64,000 nt of DNA from Chara braunii (taxonomy: Eukaryota > Plantae > Charophyceae). Below, piece after piece: positions 1-13,227 of this stretch. Numbering within the stretch: position 1 is the stretch's first letter; every line of letters starts with the position of its first letter. A program made the position numbers and the translations under genes. The notes beneath the pieces were generated by a model. It saw only the letters and a list, made by a program, of their open reading frames with translations. It made no database searches and was not told the DNA's origin. The DNA lies in assembly GCA_003427395.1 (NCBI GenBank), contig BFEA01000011.1, positions 4,179,532 through 4,243,531 on the forward strand. The letters are read 5' to 3'.

Positions 1-15
1 TTTTTTTTTTTTTTA

Positions 16-130
16 AACAGACCCACCAGTGCTAGCGATGCTGTTAAGCGTAGACATTGGTAGCACCTGGGGAGAGGCTCCATCTATTGGTGGGGAGCAT
101 CACCTGCTGGAAAACGGGTCCAGCGTCCCA
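16..130 (-). ncRNA. Retrocopy of unidentified ~115-nt structured RNA (family X)
   Basis: GGGACGCTGGACCCGTTTTCCAGCAGGTGATGCTCCCCACCAATAGATGGAGCC, then a hairpin, TGTTT and poly(A). Confidence 0.65.
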
Positions 131-3100
131 TACAGAAATTGCGAGCGTACCATTCTGACACCTGTTGAATTCTTTTTTGAACCGGATTTCTTCTAAAGTC
201 TGTGTGGCGATGCAAGATTGTCGAAAACCTGGTTTTCGATAGCCTGTGTGGCGAGCCTCTTATTCTGACAGCGGTCAAATTTTTATGCCTTTCGACAGCG
301 GTGTGGCGACTCGGAGCCCCACCAAGGGCCTCGCCACACGGCAGGGAAGTTCGCTTTTGCTTCGTTTTCTGCTGCATCACCATACGGAGCACGTGAAACA
401 AGAAGCAGTGAGTGCGGGAAAACAAAAAAGAAAAACAGAAAAAAAAAACAAGGACTCCTGATCGCTTGCAGAAGTCACTAAAGACAATCTACTACCTTGG
501 AACACATCTATGCACGTTCGTGAGAATTGGCGGGTGGTTCTTGGGTCCTTGCAAGGACCCACGAAAATCGAGGTGCTGCCGGCGGGCGGCAGCAACCTCC
601 TCGCGAACCTCCTGGCTGCGCTATACCCGGTTGCATTTTGTCGCATAGCGAGGACGTCTTTTTCAGGAAATGTCGACGACGGCGAAAGGGGTTTATAGGG
701 CAGTAACATGGGTAATTGAAGGGTGCGGTCGCTGTCGGGGCAGAGACCAGTAGGCCGGGTGGTCGCGAGTGCGGTTGGAGGGGGGCAGACCGGCGGTCAC
801 GAAAAGCGGTCGGCGGGCGTTTTCATGGACGGCGGCCGGTTTTCCGTTTCGGGCGATATCGCGCAAGGGTGCGATTTTCGGAAGGCCGGGCCGAAGTGGG
901 TTTGGAGGTGTGCACAGCAGAATGCTGGCTTGCAAAATGTGTGCTACAGTTTGCCCTCGAAATGGAAAAACAAACAACGACAAAAAAAACACAGAAAACA
1001 ACCAGGTTGTTGTCGTGCTAAGTGGAGCGTGGCGACGTCCCGAGATTGGGCCCATTTCAAGAGTGGTGTGCCCAGGCCCGTTCACAATCCTTTTCGTTCG
1101 GTGCGCTTCAAGCCCTGCCCGCCGGCCGGTCTCACTCCTGAGTGGCTGCGCTTGCGCGGTACACACTTTCCTTTTCTTTCTGACGACGACCTGACTCCTC
1201 GCCAGTTCTTTTTCACGATGGTGATTTGTGCGGCTGTGTGGCGATGTGAACACGAAACGGACTTCTGAAATTCTCGTTTCGTGTGCTGTGAGACTCATGT
1301 TCGAATCCAGATACCTTCATATGAACCGAATCAAATCATTCTGAATTGCCTGGGGACTATCAGTTCAATGATGGTATCCTTTTTCCTCTTAAGGCTAAAT
1401 TCAATTACCTGTCAAATCTGCGCAGGACAGACTTTCAGGCCTTTTTTATATCGTCATTATAGTATTACCGGGAACCCCGTAGCAGCCACATCCATGCTCA
1501 AGCCTCCAACGAGGGAACACGCCGGAGCTGCACCCATCAGCAGGTGCTATACCTCCTACAGCAGGTGGGCCATGCCGGGGCAAGTTCCCACTTGCACGGA
1601 GGCCGTTGATCTTTGCTATCTACGGTCAATATAATCTCTTAATTCGTGTAAGTGGGACCTAGCCCCCGGCCACGAGTCAACCTGTAGCATCAAGACCGAG
1701 CTTCTTCGCTGGGCCAGTCACTGAGCCTCCCCTCCGCTGGTCACCCTTTTAAAAGAAGGAAAAAAGATCCACAGAGAGGATCGCTGCATTATTCTCCAGA
1801 TGCGCAAAAGACACAAAAAAAAATGGCTGTGTATCTTTCCACGTTTTAGAGGAGGATTCGTTCTCATTTTGCACATTTGGTGAGTAGTTAGTGGAGCGAG
1901 GTACTCTCTCTGTGTCTGGTGTGTATCTACGAGCAGATATGGATTCTGTGGGGCCCTTCGCTACCCAGGTGCCAAAGGTGTTCCCAGCCGCCTCTCCTCT
2001 TCCCCCGAACAGAACGCACCCTAATTTTGGCTGCATGGGACGGGAAAACTAGCTTGTATACATTCATAATCAGGGTGCTTTGTGTTCGGCAGAAGACGCT
2101 ACGCCCACACCGCCTGTGGCCATTCCATGCAGATTCTGTGGGGCCCTTCACTCTGACGTGGGTGTTCTTTTGCTTTTTCGTTTTTTTTTTTTTTCTTTTC
2201 TTTTTCTTTTGGGGGGTGGGTGTTCCGAGCCGCCTGCGGTCTGTCCACACCAAAAAAAAAAAAAAAAATACACTGCAGGCTCGCGCCCCAAAAGGACCAC
2301 ACCTCTCGTGAAACGACCCGCAGAAGCTGGCAAAAAACGTCCGTCGGTTGCCGTGAATAGTAACGAATGAATCTGGCCTCCTTCTCCGGAAAATGCACAT
2401 CCTTTTATTTTTTCGTTTCGTCAGTGGTGTGACGAGGCCCGACATAGCAAGTTCCCTGCCTCCCCCCTCCCCCCCACCCTCTCCCCCCCGCTTTGAACCG
2501 TCAGCTGATCAGGTTGTCGGCGAAGTAGACGGCCTTTATTTATTTATTGACCGTCCACAGGCTGATTCAGAGTCCATTTCTTTCAAAAAAAAAAAAAAAA
2601 AAAAAAAGGAGTCCATTTCTTTGGGTGGAGTCGAACACACGTCGGTGTGTCAACAGTTAGGGCTTCGCCACACACACCCTAGCGGGAAGTTCTTCGTCAT
2701 TTCGCACATTTCGAGAGTGAAAAAGACAAAATCGTGGCTGGTGCATCTGGCCATGTTCTAGCGGTAAGTTCTTTGTCATTTCCCACATTTCGATCGAGAG
2801 TGCTTTGGCGATGCCCTTACATGCGGGTTGACCAATCGCCCACATGCATTGGGCAGAATGAGTGACTATCAGTATCAGATGCGTAGTCGGCGAAGGGTGA
2901 AAGGGTGACCAAGCCTTCACGTGGTCTCCCTCAGAAAGTTCCCTCCATCGTCCACCGTTCCATCGTCCATCGTCCGCGTCAGTCAGGCATTCCCGTCGGA
3001 GGACCACTTTTGCGTCCTCCCCACCCCCAATCTCCGTCCGACCGACTGGCGCAATCTCCGAAAGCCAGGCGGGGCAATATTCGAACAGCGGCGCTTGGGA

Positions 3101-4156
3101 GGTTGGGGGGCCTAAGGGCATCGCTTACAGTGTTCTGAAAAGGCGGGATCATGGCAAATGGAAGTCCCTAATACTAATACATAACCTTACTTAGGGGAAA
3201 AAAAAGAAAAAAAAAGGCGGGAGGTTCTGAAAAGGCGGGAAAAAAAAAAAAAAAAATCCCCTTACTTAGGGCCAGATCGCCCTAGCCCCTATTGTTCATT
3301 TATGACCGTTGATCTTCGTAATCGAGGGGGGTAGTGGGATCGGACCCTTACTCATTGGTAGTCCTTACCTTCTCTCAATTTCACCTTTCACTACCTACCT
3401 ACTACTACTCGTACTAAGCCAATAGTACAGGGGGCCCCTGCAAGCAGAGCTACCTCTCACAACAATCAAGGGGTACGGCATGCATGTTACACCCCCCCCG
3501 ACCTAATCTGCGGTGGTCAAGGAGTACGGCAGGGCCGTGGGTGACCGGGAAGTAGGGTGGCGCCCCTGGTGGTGGAGGTCCGCTAACGCAATGACCGAGC
3601 ATTTTGCCAGTAGCTGCGCCTGCCATCTACTTCCCCCGCCCCCATCGAGTAACAGCACACTGTGTACCGCGCACAGCTCGGGAGCTCAGCCCGTCAGGAG
3701 CGAGGACAGGTAGCAGAGATTGGTTATCGCAACTTATTGGTTCGATAGTGAGTGACGTTTGGAACCGTTCTTTTTGTTCCGTGGCAGGTGCATGGTGCAG
3801 CACCATTCTTTTTGCTTGGTCACAGATAGTGAGAATATGCCTAAAGAGACGTAGTAGCAGCCATAGGACCTGTGTATACTATGATCAGGTAGAGTAGTTG
3901 TCAAGGAGGAGAGCAGCTCTTGAAGTTCGACACTCCTATCTGCCAGAACCTGTTTTCTACCCTGAGCTCCTAGTAGCACCCAAGACACCTGTGTATACTA
4001 TAACTTACCCTAGGGCCTAGGCTGTAAAATAGGCAAGAAATACAGGCTCCTGAGTAGATCTGCCTGTCAAGTCTCACTCTTGGTTGATGAACTCTGCAGT
4101 TTTTTGCTTGCAAGGCAATCATATGTCTGTTCAAACGAACAATTCCAATGTTCAGA

Positions 4157-4276
4157 GGGATGTTGGACCCGATTTCCAGCAGGTGCTGCTCCCCACCAAT
4201 AGATGGAGCCTCGCTGGGAATGCTATTGGTGCCTGCGCTTATCAGCGACCCTAGCATCCGCTCGGGTTGTTTCTTT
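4157..4276 (+). ncRNA. Family X retrocopy
   Basis: Same core, ATGCTA/TAGCAT hairpin, A-rich tail. Confidence 0.65.
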
Positions 4277-4565
4277 AATAATTATTAAAAAAATAATAAA
4301 TAAAAAAAGAATGGGATGCGTATGATGCGCTAATGGTCAATTGGTTACACTCGGATTGGACCCCGGGCCTGTATTTCCGAAGATGCAATGCGAGCATGAT
4401 GGGCCAATGGTCCCACTTGGATTGGAACGCGGGGGCTCAGGGCTGTATTCTAATTGAGCGGGAGCCGGTTTGGGTGCAGGTAGATCTTTTGGTTCATTCG
4501 GTTGTAACTCGGTCTGCCTGGGGGTGCTCGAGGTGGCTGATTACACCAGCACCTCTACCATCACC

Positions 4566-4597
<32 letters not shown>

Positions 4598-4782
4598 CGG
4601 GTCTTGCGGTGCAGCAAATTTGTAACTCCAACAGGCCAGGGCAGGCGTATAGAATGAGGAAGGGTGTTTTTTTTGGGTTCGGTCGCAAGTGTGCTGGCCT
4701 TTTTTGTTCTGTTCAAATCTGTTGCTGTCATTATACGTTAGCCACGAGCCCTAGCTGGCTAGCGTGGAAGGCTTTTTTTTTA

Positions 4783-4904
4783 TGTGGGCTGATGGACCAC
4801 GGATCAGATATTAAACTGATCAGAACAGATACTACACTTGATCTTAGCCAAAAGGCCGAGAAAGATACTACACTTGATCTTAGCCAAAAGGCCGAGAAAG
4901 GTAT
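4783..4904 (-). pseudogene. U2: U2 snRNA retrocopy, 3'-truncated, with internal 36-nt tandem duplication
   Basis: Reverse complement reads ATACCTTTCTCGGCCTTTTGGCTAAGATCAAGTGTAGTATCTGTTC...; poly(A) tail; TSD cgtggaaggctt at about 4763 and 4908. Confidence 0.92.
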
Positions 4905-5097
4905 TAACGTGGAAGGCTTGTCTTCGCTGTTGTCATTTTAACAGAACGTATGGCGATCATAGCTGCGTCTCATTGGCTGAAGACAGAGATGAGACTGAAC
5001 GTTGGATACTTGAGATAGCCGTTGTATGCATTTCCCATTTAGCAGGTAGGGTTTGATGTTTTTTTTCAGATCTGTACAATGATCGAAGAGATGTTGC

Positions 5098-5268
5098 AGG
5101 GCTGACCCTCACATATAACCCTACGTTCTGTTTTGGACTTCCCTGACCCTTTTCCCCCGCCTCCATTGTCTATGGTACCTGGTTCTTGGTTTTAGTTATG
5201 GATAAGAAACTGTAGATAGCAAGCAAGGTTGTGTTGCAAAAAAAAAAAAAAAAAAGGGCTGACCCTCA
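5098..5268 (+). mobile_element. Short 5'-truncated retro-insertion
   Basis: About 125 nt of unique sequence plus poly(A); 14-bp TSD agggctgaccctca. Confidence 0.7.
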
Positions 5269-5523
5269 TGAAAACCACCAGTACCTCGCCCAGCTATAAA
5301 AAAAAGTCGCGCTCGTTAACGCGCCGCAACTTTAGGGGGTTCGGGAGAGGCTTGGCATGGCAATTGGGCAGGAAGCTGGTGGCCCCATGGGAACCTCCCA
5401 CAAGGACTGCAAGATGTTCTCGTGGTGTGCAATGTGGAAACGCGCGGACAGTGGTGGGAAGGAGAGAAAAAGAAAAACAAAAAAGAAAACGGACGAGGAA
5501 AAAATAAAGATAGATCATTGCTT

Positions 5524-5554
<31 letters not shown>

Positions 5555-6270
5555 GAATAATGTATTTGGCTTCACTTCTGCACCGCGTCATATGAATCTG
5601 AGGGCAATCATGTTCAGATGCTGGTGTCTCGTTTCCGCTTNNNNNNNNNNNNNNNNNNNNNNNNNNNNNNNNNNNNNNNNNNNNNNNNNNNNNNNNNNNN
5701 NNNNNNNNNNNNNNNNNNNNNNNNNNNNNNNNNNNNNNNNNNNNNNNNNNNNNNNNNNNNNNNNNNNNNNNNNNNNNNNNNNNNNNNNNNNNNNNNNNNN
5801 NNNNNNNNNNNNNNNNNNNNNNNNNNNNNNNNNNNNNNNNNNNNNNNNNNNNNNNNNNNNNNNNNNNNNNNNNNNNNNNNNNNNNNNNNNNNNNNNNNNN
5901 NNNNNNNNNNNNNNNNNNNNNNNNNNNNNNNNNNNNNNNNNNNNNNNNNNNNNNNNNNNNNNNNNNNNNNNNNNNNNNNNNNNNNNNNNNNNNNNNNNNN
6001 NNNNNNNNNNNNNNNNNNNNNNNNNNNNNNNNNNNNNNNNNNNNNNNNNNNNNNNNNNNNNNNNNNNNNNNNNNNNNNNNNNNNNNNNNNNNNNNNNNNN
6101 NNNNNNNNNNNNNNNNNNNNNNNNNNNNNNNNNNNNNNNNNNNNNNNNNNNNNNNNNNNNNNNNNNNNNNNNNNNNNNNNNNNNNNNNNNNNNNNNNNNN
6201 NNNNNNNNNNNNNNNNNNNNNNNNNNNNNNNNNNNNNNNNNNNNNNNNNNNNNNNNNNNNNNNNNNNNNN

Positions 6271-6309
<39 letters not shown>

Positions 6310-6499
6310 CTCATTTTATTAGGCTTCGTAAATCTTTTAACTATATAACTATATAAATAGACTCTAGCTAAATCATTCAAAAACTAAGAGAGATACAAAT
6401 CATATATGGTACACCATAGAATGTCAATCATAATAGAATATACAAGATGTAATGTGAATATTAAGATATGATATTATTTATTGATATTAATTGCTAAGT

Positions 6500-9400
6500 A
6501 TTCAATGCGTGAGTGGAAACAAGAAAACGGCGGCCTGTTTGCGTTCCATCTGCTGGCAGCAGGTCCAGCATAAGGGGCGGTATCTGCTTGCAGCAGCAGA
6601 TGTCCCGTATTTTTTCCCACGCCCGGCAGGCTCGGCAAGAATCAGCACGCAGGCAAAAATTAGGATCGGTCCTGAACAACCAGTAGGTACTGGTGGTATA
6701 AGCATAGCTATTGTTTTTTTCCGATAAAATGCTCCAATCTAACCGGGCCCAGCATCCCATGAGGATTTTTTACAACAATGGGAGCACCGGGGCCATTACC
6801 CGGTTTCGGCTGAGGGAAATAAATCTTGGGGATTACACTGCCCGGGCCATGTCTGAGACAAACAGATCTTACCAGATCCGTTTTGCAACAGGAGATGAGG
6901 CCTCAGTTGCCCAACCTATCGCTGCATCTTGTGTCTCAGAGTCCTCAAGAAAACCAACCATGTGAGGAGCAAATGCACCAGCAGATGGGCCAATTACAAT
7001 CTGCTCACCTCCCTCCACAAGAATCCTTGCAACAGAGTGGCCAGGGCTGTTTGGTGATAAGCATCATCTTGAGCACACATAACCCCTACTCCCTCAGCTA
7101 CTATCATGTCGAGAAGGCCTAGTCTTCTTCCCATCACCAGCACCTCAAGAAACCAGCAAAAGTTAGAAATTGAGGGAAAGGGCATAGATCTCAGGTACCG
7201 AACGGTAACTTGATTATTCCGGTGAGAAAGAAGGGGCAGGTGGGAGATAGGGCTCTCACTGTGGGTCGGGATCAATATGGGGGTGTTACCCTGAGGGGTT
7301 GGTCTACATATGTGGAGTATCACAGTGCTGGGGATGAGGTTTTCAAGAGGAATTTGCATAATTTCCTAGCGAACACTATGTTCCGGGTTCTCAGGCAACA
7401 CTAACCGAAACTGGAGAAAGAACACAAATGGCGAAGAGGGATACCTTTATTTGTTTTGAAGAGCACAAGGAGGCAGACCTCAAGTGGTACTCCCATGCAG
7501 CCTTGCTCGATTTACAGAATCTCAAGATCCAAGTCAATGCAGTTTGGTCCGTGTTAGACGTGGTGATATTTTTGTGCTCCATTTTGCGTAGGGGTATGCT
7601 CCAGTCGAATTTTGACCTAGACAGCGGTAATTGGATCCGACTTTAGACGACTGAGGGGGGGGTAAGAGGAAAAGTTGGTTTGTTGTAATGGAAGCACTAC
7701 ACGCATTTTAGGGGAAAAATCCTTCATGGCGTCGTGCGACTAGTACAACAGATATGGACCTCAGATCGCTTAATGTAAATGGTTTAGCTACCGCAAACTC
7801 CGAAAGAAGGAAAGCTATAATGAAACAATTGAAAGAAGTAGGTGGTCGCCCATGGCCAGACCTAATTTGTAAACAGGAAAGCCATCTCACTTCGTCCCCA
7901 ACTCATACGCGTACACATAACATTGTATGGCACTTTCAAAAAATATACTCTCCGGCGCCGAGAAGCGCTTCAGGAGGGGTAGCCATATGGGTCCCTCCTC
8001 ACTCCACGGTTAAGTTAGTACATTGGGCGGTGGATAAGGAGCGGTAAAGATGGGTTTTTGCACCGGTTAAGTAAGACTTGGAAATCATATGTGTAATTAA
8101 CATCTATGGCCCTGATGAGAGTCATGAAAGGGCCAATAATTATGGTTGGGGATTTCAACGCAGCTCCGGATAGATGGTTAGATCGGTGGGGAATTCTTCT
8201 TCCTTGCCTTTCATACGTAAAAGAGGATGAGAACATCATTCATACTCTGTGTGAGGAGGAAGGTCTTTTTGATACATACCGTCGTATCTTTTTGCAAGAA
8301 AAATTGTTTACCTTTATAAGGAATAGTTGCACCCCATATCAATCCAGATCCCGAAATAGATCTGATTTTGATGTCGAAAAATATGGATTATTTATTAGTC
8401 TGGGCAGCGGCGCATTATAAGATGTATGCGGTGCTGTTAAATTTTAAAAAAAAAAATGATCGAGATTTATTTTATTTTTTTAACTTAATACATCCCTTTT
8501 AGCATGTATGAAATTTAGGCAGTACATAGAGAATGTATGGGAGTACTGACACTTGACTAATATCAAACAAAATTATTTCATATCATGGTTTAATAATGGT
8601 CTAGCATTCATAGCAATAAATTGTAATGAGTATTTTAAACTTGAGGCAAAAAATAGACACCAGCAAGAAATGAGCATTCAATAATAAATTCTTAATTACG
8701 AATCCTAATAAAATATTAATGAAGATCTTCAAACGATCGATATTCAGACTCTCAGAAACCAACTGTTGGCCTTTGCTCAACATCGTTGACAAAGGTATAT
8801 AGTCAGAAGTAAACTTTCTAAGTTTTCGATTGAATGACAAATGAATACATCATTTTTTGCATTAGCACGCAATAGGTCTAGCCGTACATGCATAGACGCC
8901 TTGCCCAATCCATCAGTAACTAGGAACCCTTTACTATCCTATTCTTTTGCGGGTTGTCCAAAAATAGCATACGACTTTTACAAAGGGCTCTTTACTTCCT
9001 CAAATAACCTTACAAAACAACAGAAGGATGAGCAAGTCATAACACAATTTATAGTCCCTTTGTCCCAAACTCTCACAAAAGAGCAACGGGAACAACTGCA
9101 ACATCCCTTAACAAAGGTCGGGAATAATTGGAGCATCAACAAGAGCGTCCCTTAACGAATGTCCAGATGAAATTTTGACAGTTTTACTACAAAAGGATGA
9201 AAATAAAACTCATGGGATATATGGTATCCTTAAGGAATTTTATGAAACCATGTGGACGACCCTCTCTTTAGACCTGATGGAATATTTTGAATCTGTTCAA
9301 GAATCAGTTTGGATAAAGGAGTTAGTGAGTGGAGATATCCTCACACTTCTGCATACGAAAGAAAAAAAAATCAGTAATTAGGAATTATAGGTTGATGACT

Positions 9401-12285
9401 CTTCTACTAGTGATATACAAGATGCTATCCAAGGTCTTAGCTAATCATCTCATTCCTGTGATGATAAACATTGTACATCCCTCTCAGACTAAGTTCATAA
9501 AGGGAAGACATATCAAGGATAATATTATCCTAATCAACAAAATGGTCAAACTCTTTCGCCAGTCTAAACAAAACGGGGCAATAGTGTTCATAGACATTGA
9601 AAAAATATATGATAATGTAGACTGAAGATCTCTGGATGTTTGTTTCAGTAAAATGAAATTTATACTAAATTCTCATAAATGGGTAAGGATTTTGCATACA
9701 AATGTTTCCATGAGGATTCCGGTAAATAGTTTCTCTCACCACCGTTTCACCTTCAACGATCCGTAAGGCAAGGGGATCCTTTAACCCCATTTTTGTTTGT
9801 AATAATCGTGGAAGCATTATGAACAAATCTTAGGGTCAATCATAATCTTAAACGACTTCAGATCTTGGAGTTTTTTGTCGATGCAATCCCCATTGCTTCT
9901 ATGTTTGCGGATGATCTTACTACATGGAGGGAATTAAAACATTAATAAATCGTTTCTTGGTTGTGTCTGATATGATGATCAATTGGGGAAATAAGACACA
10001 GGGGTGGTGGATCCATTCAAACAGAGTGTGTCCCAAGAATACCCGAGAGTGAAGTGGCTTCCATTAAAAGTTTTTGTGAAGTTGTTGAGAGTCTCGGTTA
10101 CGGCACTTGGCAAACCGATATCGAACGATGATTGAATTTCTCGTCCAGCAATTGTCAAAATGAATCAATAGAAAAACCAACAAACTTCTTTATTTGGAAG
10201 AGCATTAATTATTAACAATAAGGTTTTAACATCTATATGGTACAAATTCGCCTTATGAGCGATCACTAAGTCAAACACAAAGAGACTACAAAAATAGGTG
10301 ACAACATTTTTATGGAGAGACATCCATCAGTTAAAAAATATCATCCTTAGAGTAGCATGACTTTCCCTTATCCAATCCAAACTCAAAGGAGGATTATGAC
10401 TTTTTGATTCGTCCCTTCAATGTCAATCGCTGATATTACAATGTTTAAAGGAACTGATTTTTTATACTTGTAAACCCTTACAACCTACGACTCTGTAACA
10501 AATTTGTAGATTGGTGCCACAAACCACAGAGGATATTACCCTCTCACATAAGTTGAGGATTTACATTGGAACATTCCAAGAGCAAAGGTACAATCTAGAG
10601 AAGAAGGGTTGAGGGCAACAACTATAAGAGATTTATTGTTGGATAACTCATGTGTATCTTTATTGAAAACATGACGCAATTTCCCTCTACCCAGTAGGCC
10701 TTTCCCATCCCGATTCAAAAGTTTCGATCCTTCATGGCCCTTGTGGGTTAAAAGAGAAGTATTAAGGATCAAAGATATATGAGACATGAAAAATAGGGAT
10801 TGGTTAATAAAGGACAATTTGTTGACCAATCCCTATTTTTCATGTCTCATATGAGGTTGGCTCATGTATGTTCACCAACTTTCCTACAACTTGGAGCAAA
10901 TCGTCTTCTCCATTCCCTTAGCTTGGGTTAGAACACTAAGGAAAGGTATCTTCTTCAAAGAGGGAGATTGAGAAGTGAGAACTGATTCAAAATAATGAGA
11001 GGTAAGTCAGATCGCTTACATTCACTCAAAAGGGGCTATTATGAGTTTTTGTAAGATGACTAAGAATTTTTTCTTGCAACCATTTCATAATGATCAGGCA
11101 AAGTTTTTCTCGCCTCTAAACCTTTACAAGATTTTGGTTGTTCACTTCTATTCAACGAAAAGCTTAAGAGCGTACCATCCTCACTGTATTTCAAATCTCC
11201 CCCTGGACCCAGATGAGTGGGTCTGAAAGACTAGTTAGAAAGGATAATCAAGAACTCTACAATCCATCATGGTTAAGGCGACATATTGTTTTTGCAGACA
11301 AAGGGCGCACTTAGCTGCAATTGAGCACGAACGATGGTCTAGACACTTGGATATTGATAGTAATACTCTAAAAAATGTTAATTTTTTTAACAGTTTAAAA
11401 CAAAGACCCGTTAAATTTGCCTCCCTTAAATGAAAAATTATTCCCCGGTGTGTGTTGATAAATGACTGGCTCATTGACCATTCAATTTGATAACAAAAAA
11501 AAATTAGTTTGCCCATGGTGTAGGTTTTGTCATACGACTTAAGTTTCCCTAATACGAAAATTTGGGTAAATTGATCACATTTTTATGCAGTGTACAAGTG
11601 CGGTCCTATTATGGTAACAGTGGGATAACACTTGGAGGAGTCTGACTGGGATGGATTTACTGTGGGAATGATGCACTATCTTGTTAGGCTATTGGGGCCC
11701 TATAGACTTCCAACTTTTTGAGTTTCAGTGTAATTTGTTTACTATAGGCAGAAAGACAGTATTATGGGCCCTTTGGTACAAACATTGTGTCCTAGTAAGA
11801 GATAAAGTAGCCTTGGAAGAGGGGGGGGGGGGTCTCTAAGATAATTGCTTAAGTTATTCAGATTGAGATCAGTGCACAATGAGAAAAAACTAAGACCAAA
11901 CTTCTAAAATTATATACAAGAAATAATTAAAAACTTCGTCTTGACCTGGCTGGAGGGAACTTAAGGGAAGGGTCTGGGTAAGGTGGAGTGGCCAGGTGTT
12001 GAAGAGATGGAGGAATCTCCCAAGAAGAACTTCCATCTCTGCTTTTAGGACTGGTTCGCGTTGTAGCCAGGGTCTTCCCTTAGATCTCCAAATTATTTTA
12101 CAAATCTCTTTCCTCCTCCACAACTTGTTGTTGTTGATTGGCAGTGGTTTGGTAGAGAGGGGGAGTGATTTTCAATTGCTTACACTTTTTATGAAAGGCA
12201 AGGCAACTTGTTGTTTCAAATTGATTTGGCGGTCCAGTAAGGACTGAAGAGGTGTCATGCATACTTTATATATAAAGACTCATTT
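6500..12285 (+). mobile_element. Degenerate near-full-length L1/Tx1-type LINE
   Basis: APE motifs from 7754 (SLNVNGL, QESH, SGGVAIW, VGDFN). RT motifs (NYR..TLL..YK.LSK.LAN, Q..FIKGR.I.DN, FID.EK.YD.V, RQGDPL, FADD near 9905). Cys/His remnant near 11500-11600. Many stops and frameshifts; ends approximate. Confidence 0.85.
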
Positions 12286-12292
12286 GTATTCG

Positions 12293-12420
12293 ATGGGGAC
12301 GCATGACCCGCTTTCCAACAGGTGATGGTCCCCACCAATAGAATGGAGCCACCTTAGGGTAGATAGGAGTGCATGCCTATAGCGTCACTCCTATCTATTG
12401 CAGAGGGTGTTTCTTGTTTG
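12293..12420 (+). ncRNA. Family X retrocopy with a different 3' hairpin
   Basis: Same core, perfect TAGATAGGAGTG/CACTCCTATCTA stem, poly(A). Confidence 0.6.
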
Positions 12421-12656
12421 AAAAAAAAAAAAGAAAAAAAAAAGAGAAAATTGTTATTGTCTGTCGTGTCTGTGTATACCGAGCATGAACATAGCATTGG
12501 TTGGGGCTGCCTTCACCTTGCATAGCTATAGTATTAACGAATCTGTTTTGCAGAAGAAAAAAAAAGCAGAGCAAAAGTGCTATTATGATAGTATTATCTA
12601 ACTTAGACTCGAAGCTTAATTCGTCATCTCCCTTAAAAGATATTTCGGAAATGTCC

Positions 12657-12660
<4 letters not shown>

Positions 12661-12748
<88 letters not shown>
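12661..12748. repeat. (GA)n microsatellite; many similar tracts elsewhere, often at gap edges
   Basis: Direct reading. Confidence 0.95.
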
Positions 12749-12750
<2 letters not shown>

Positions 12751-12752
12751 GA

Positions 12753-12945
12753 TTGAAGAACTCTCTACTCTAATCACTAACTTAGTCTTCGCCTCAGCGG
12801 GCAGCGAAATAAAAACAACAAACTTACTAAATTTGTCTACTACCACCACCACTTGACTTTTTATGTTTCTGCTTTTGACCGTTATGTTTGTAAAGTCGAT
12901 AGACATGGAGTCACCGCAACCGGACGGAACACGTAGTGGACCAAT
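12753..12945 (-). mobile_element. Ty3/Gypsy integrase fragment
   Basis: SMSIDFT...VVVVDKFSKFVVFISLP matches the start of the rve integrase core. Confidence 0.7.
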
Positions 12946-13227
12946 CTCAACAGACCGAGGGGGGCACATGTGAAAAATTTGTTCTGCTCGCATACTTGGC
13001 AACCTTGGATGCAGACAATGCAATCGTGCTTCATGCTAACCCAAGGTTAGGCAATATAACACACAATAATCATGATAATGAGGTCTACACTGTCATAATA
13101 CCATTATCATGACGTACACCATCGCCCCAGCACCAACGATCTCTATCCTTCTGCCTTTTGTACTACTCAGATTGAAAAGTGTTTCCCGCACCCAGTCTTT
13201 ATGCTATTTGCTTAACTTAAGGGAACT

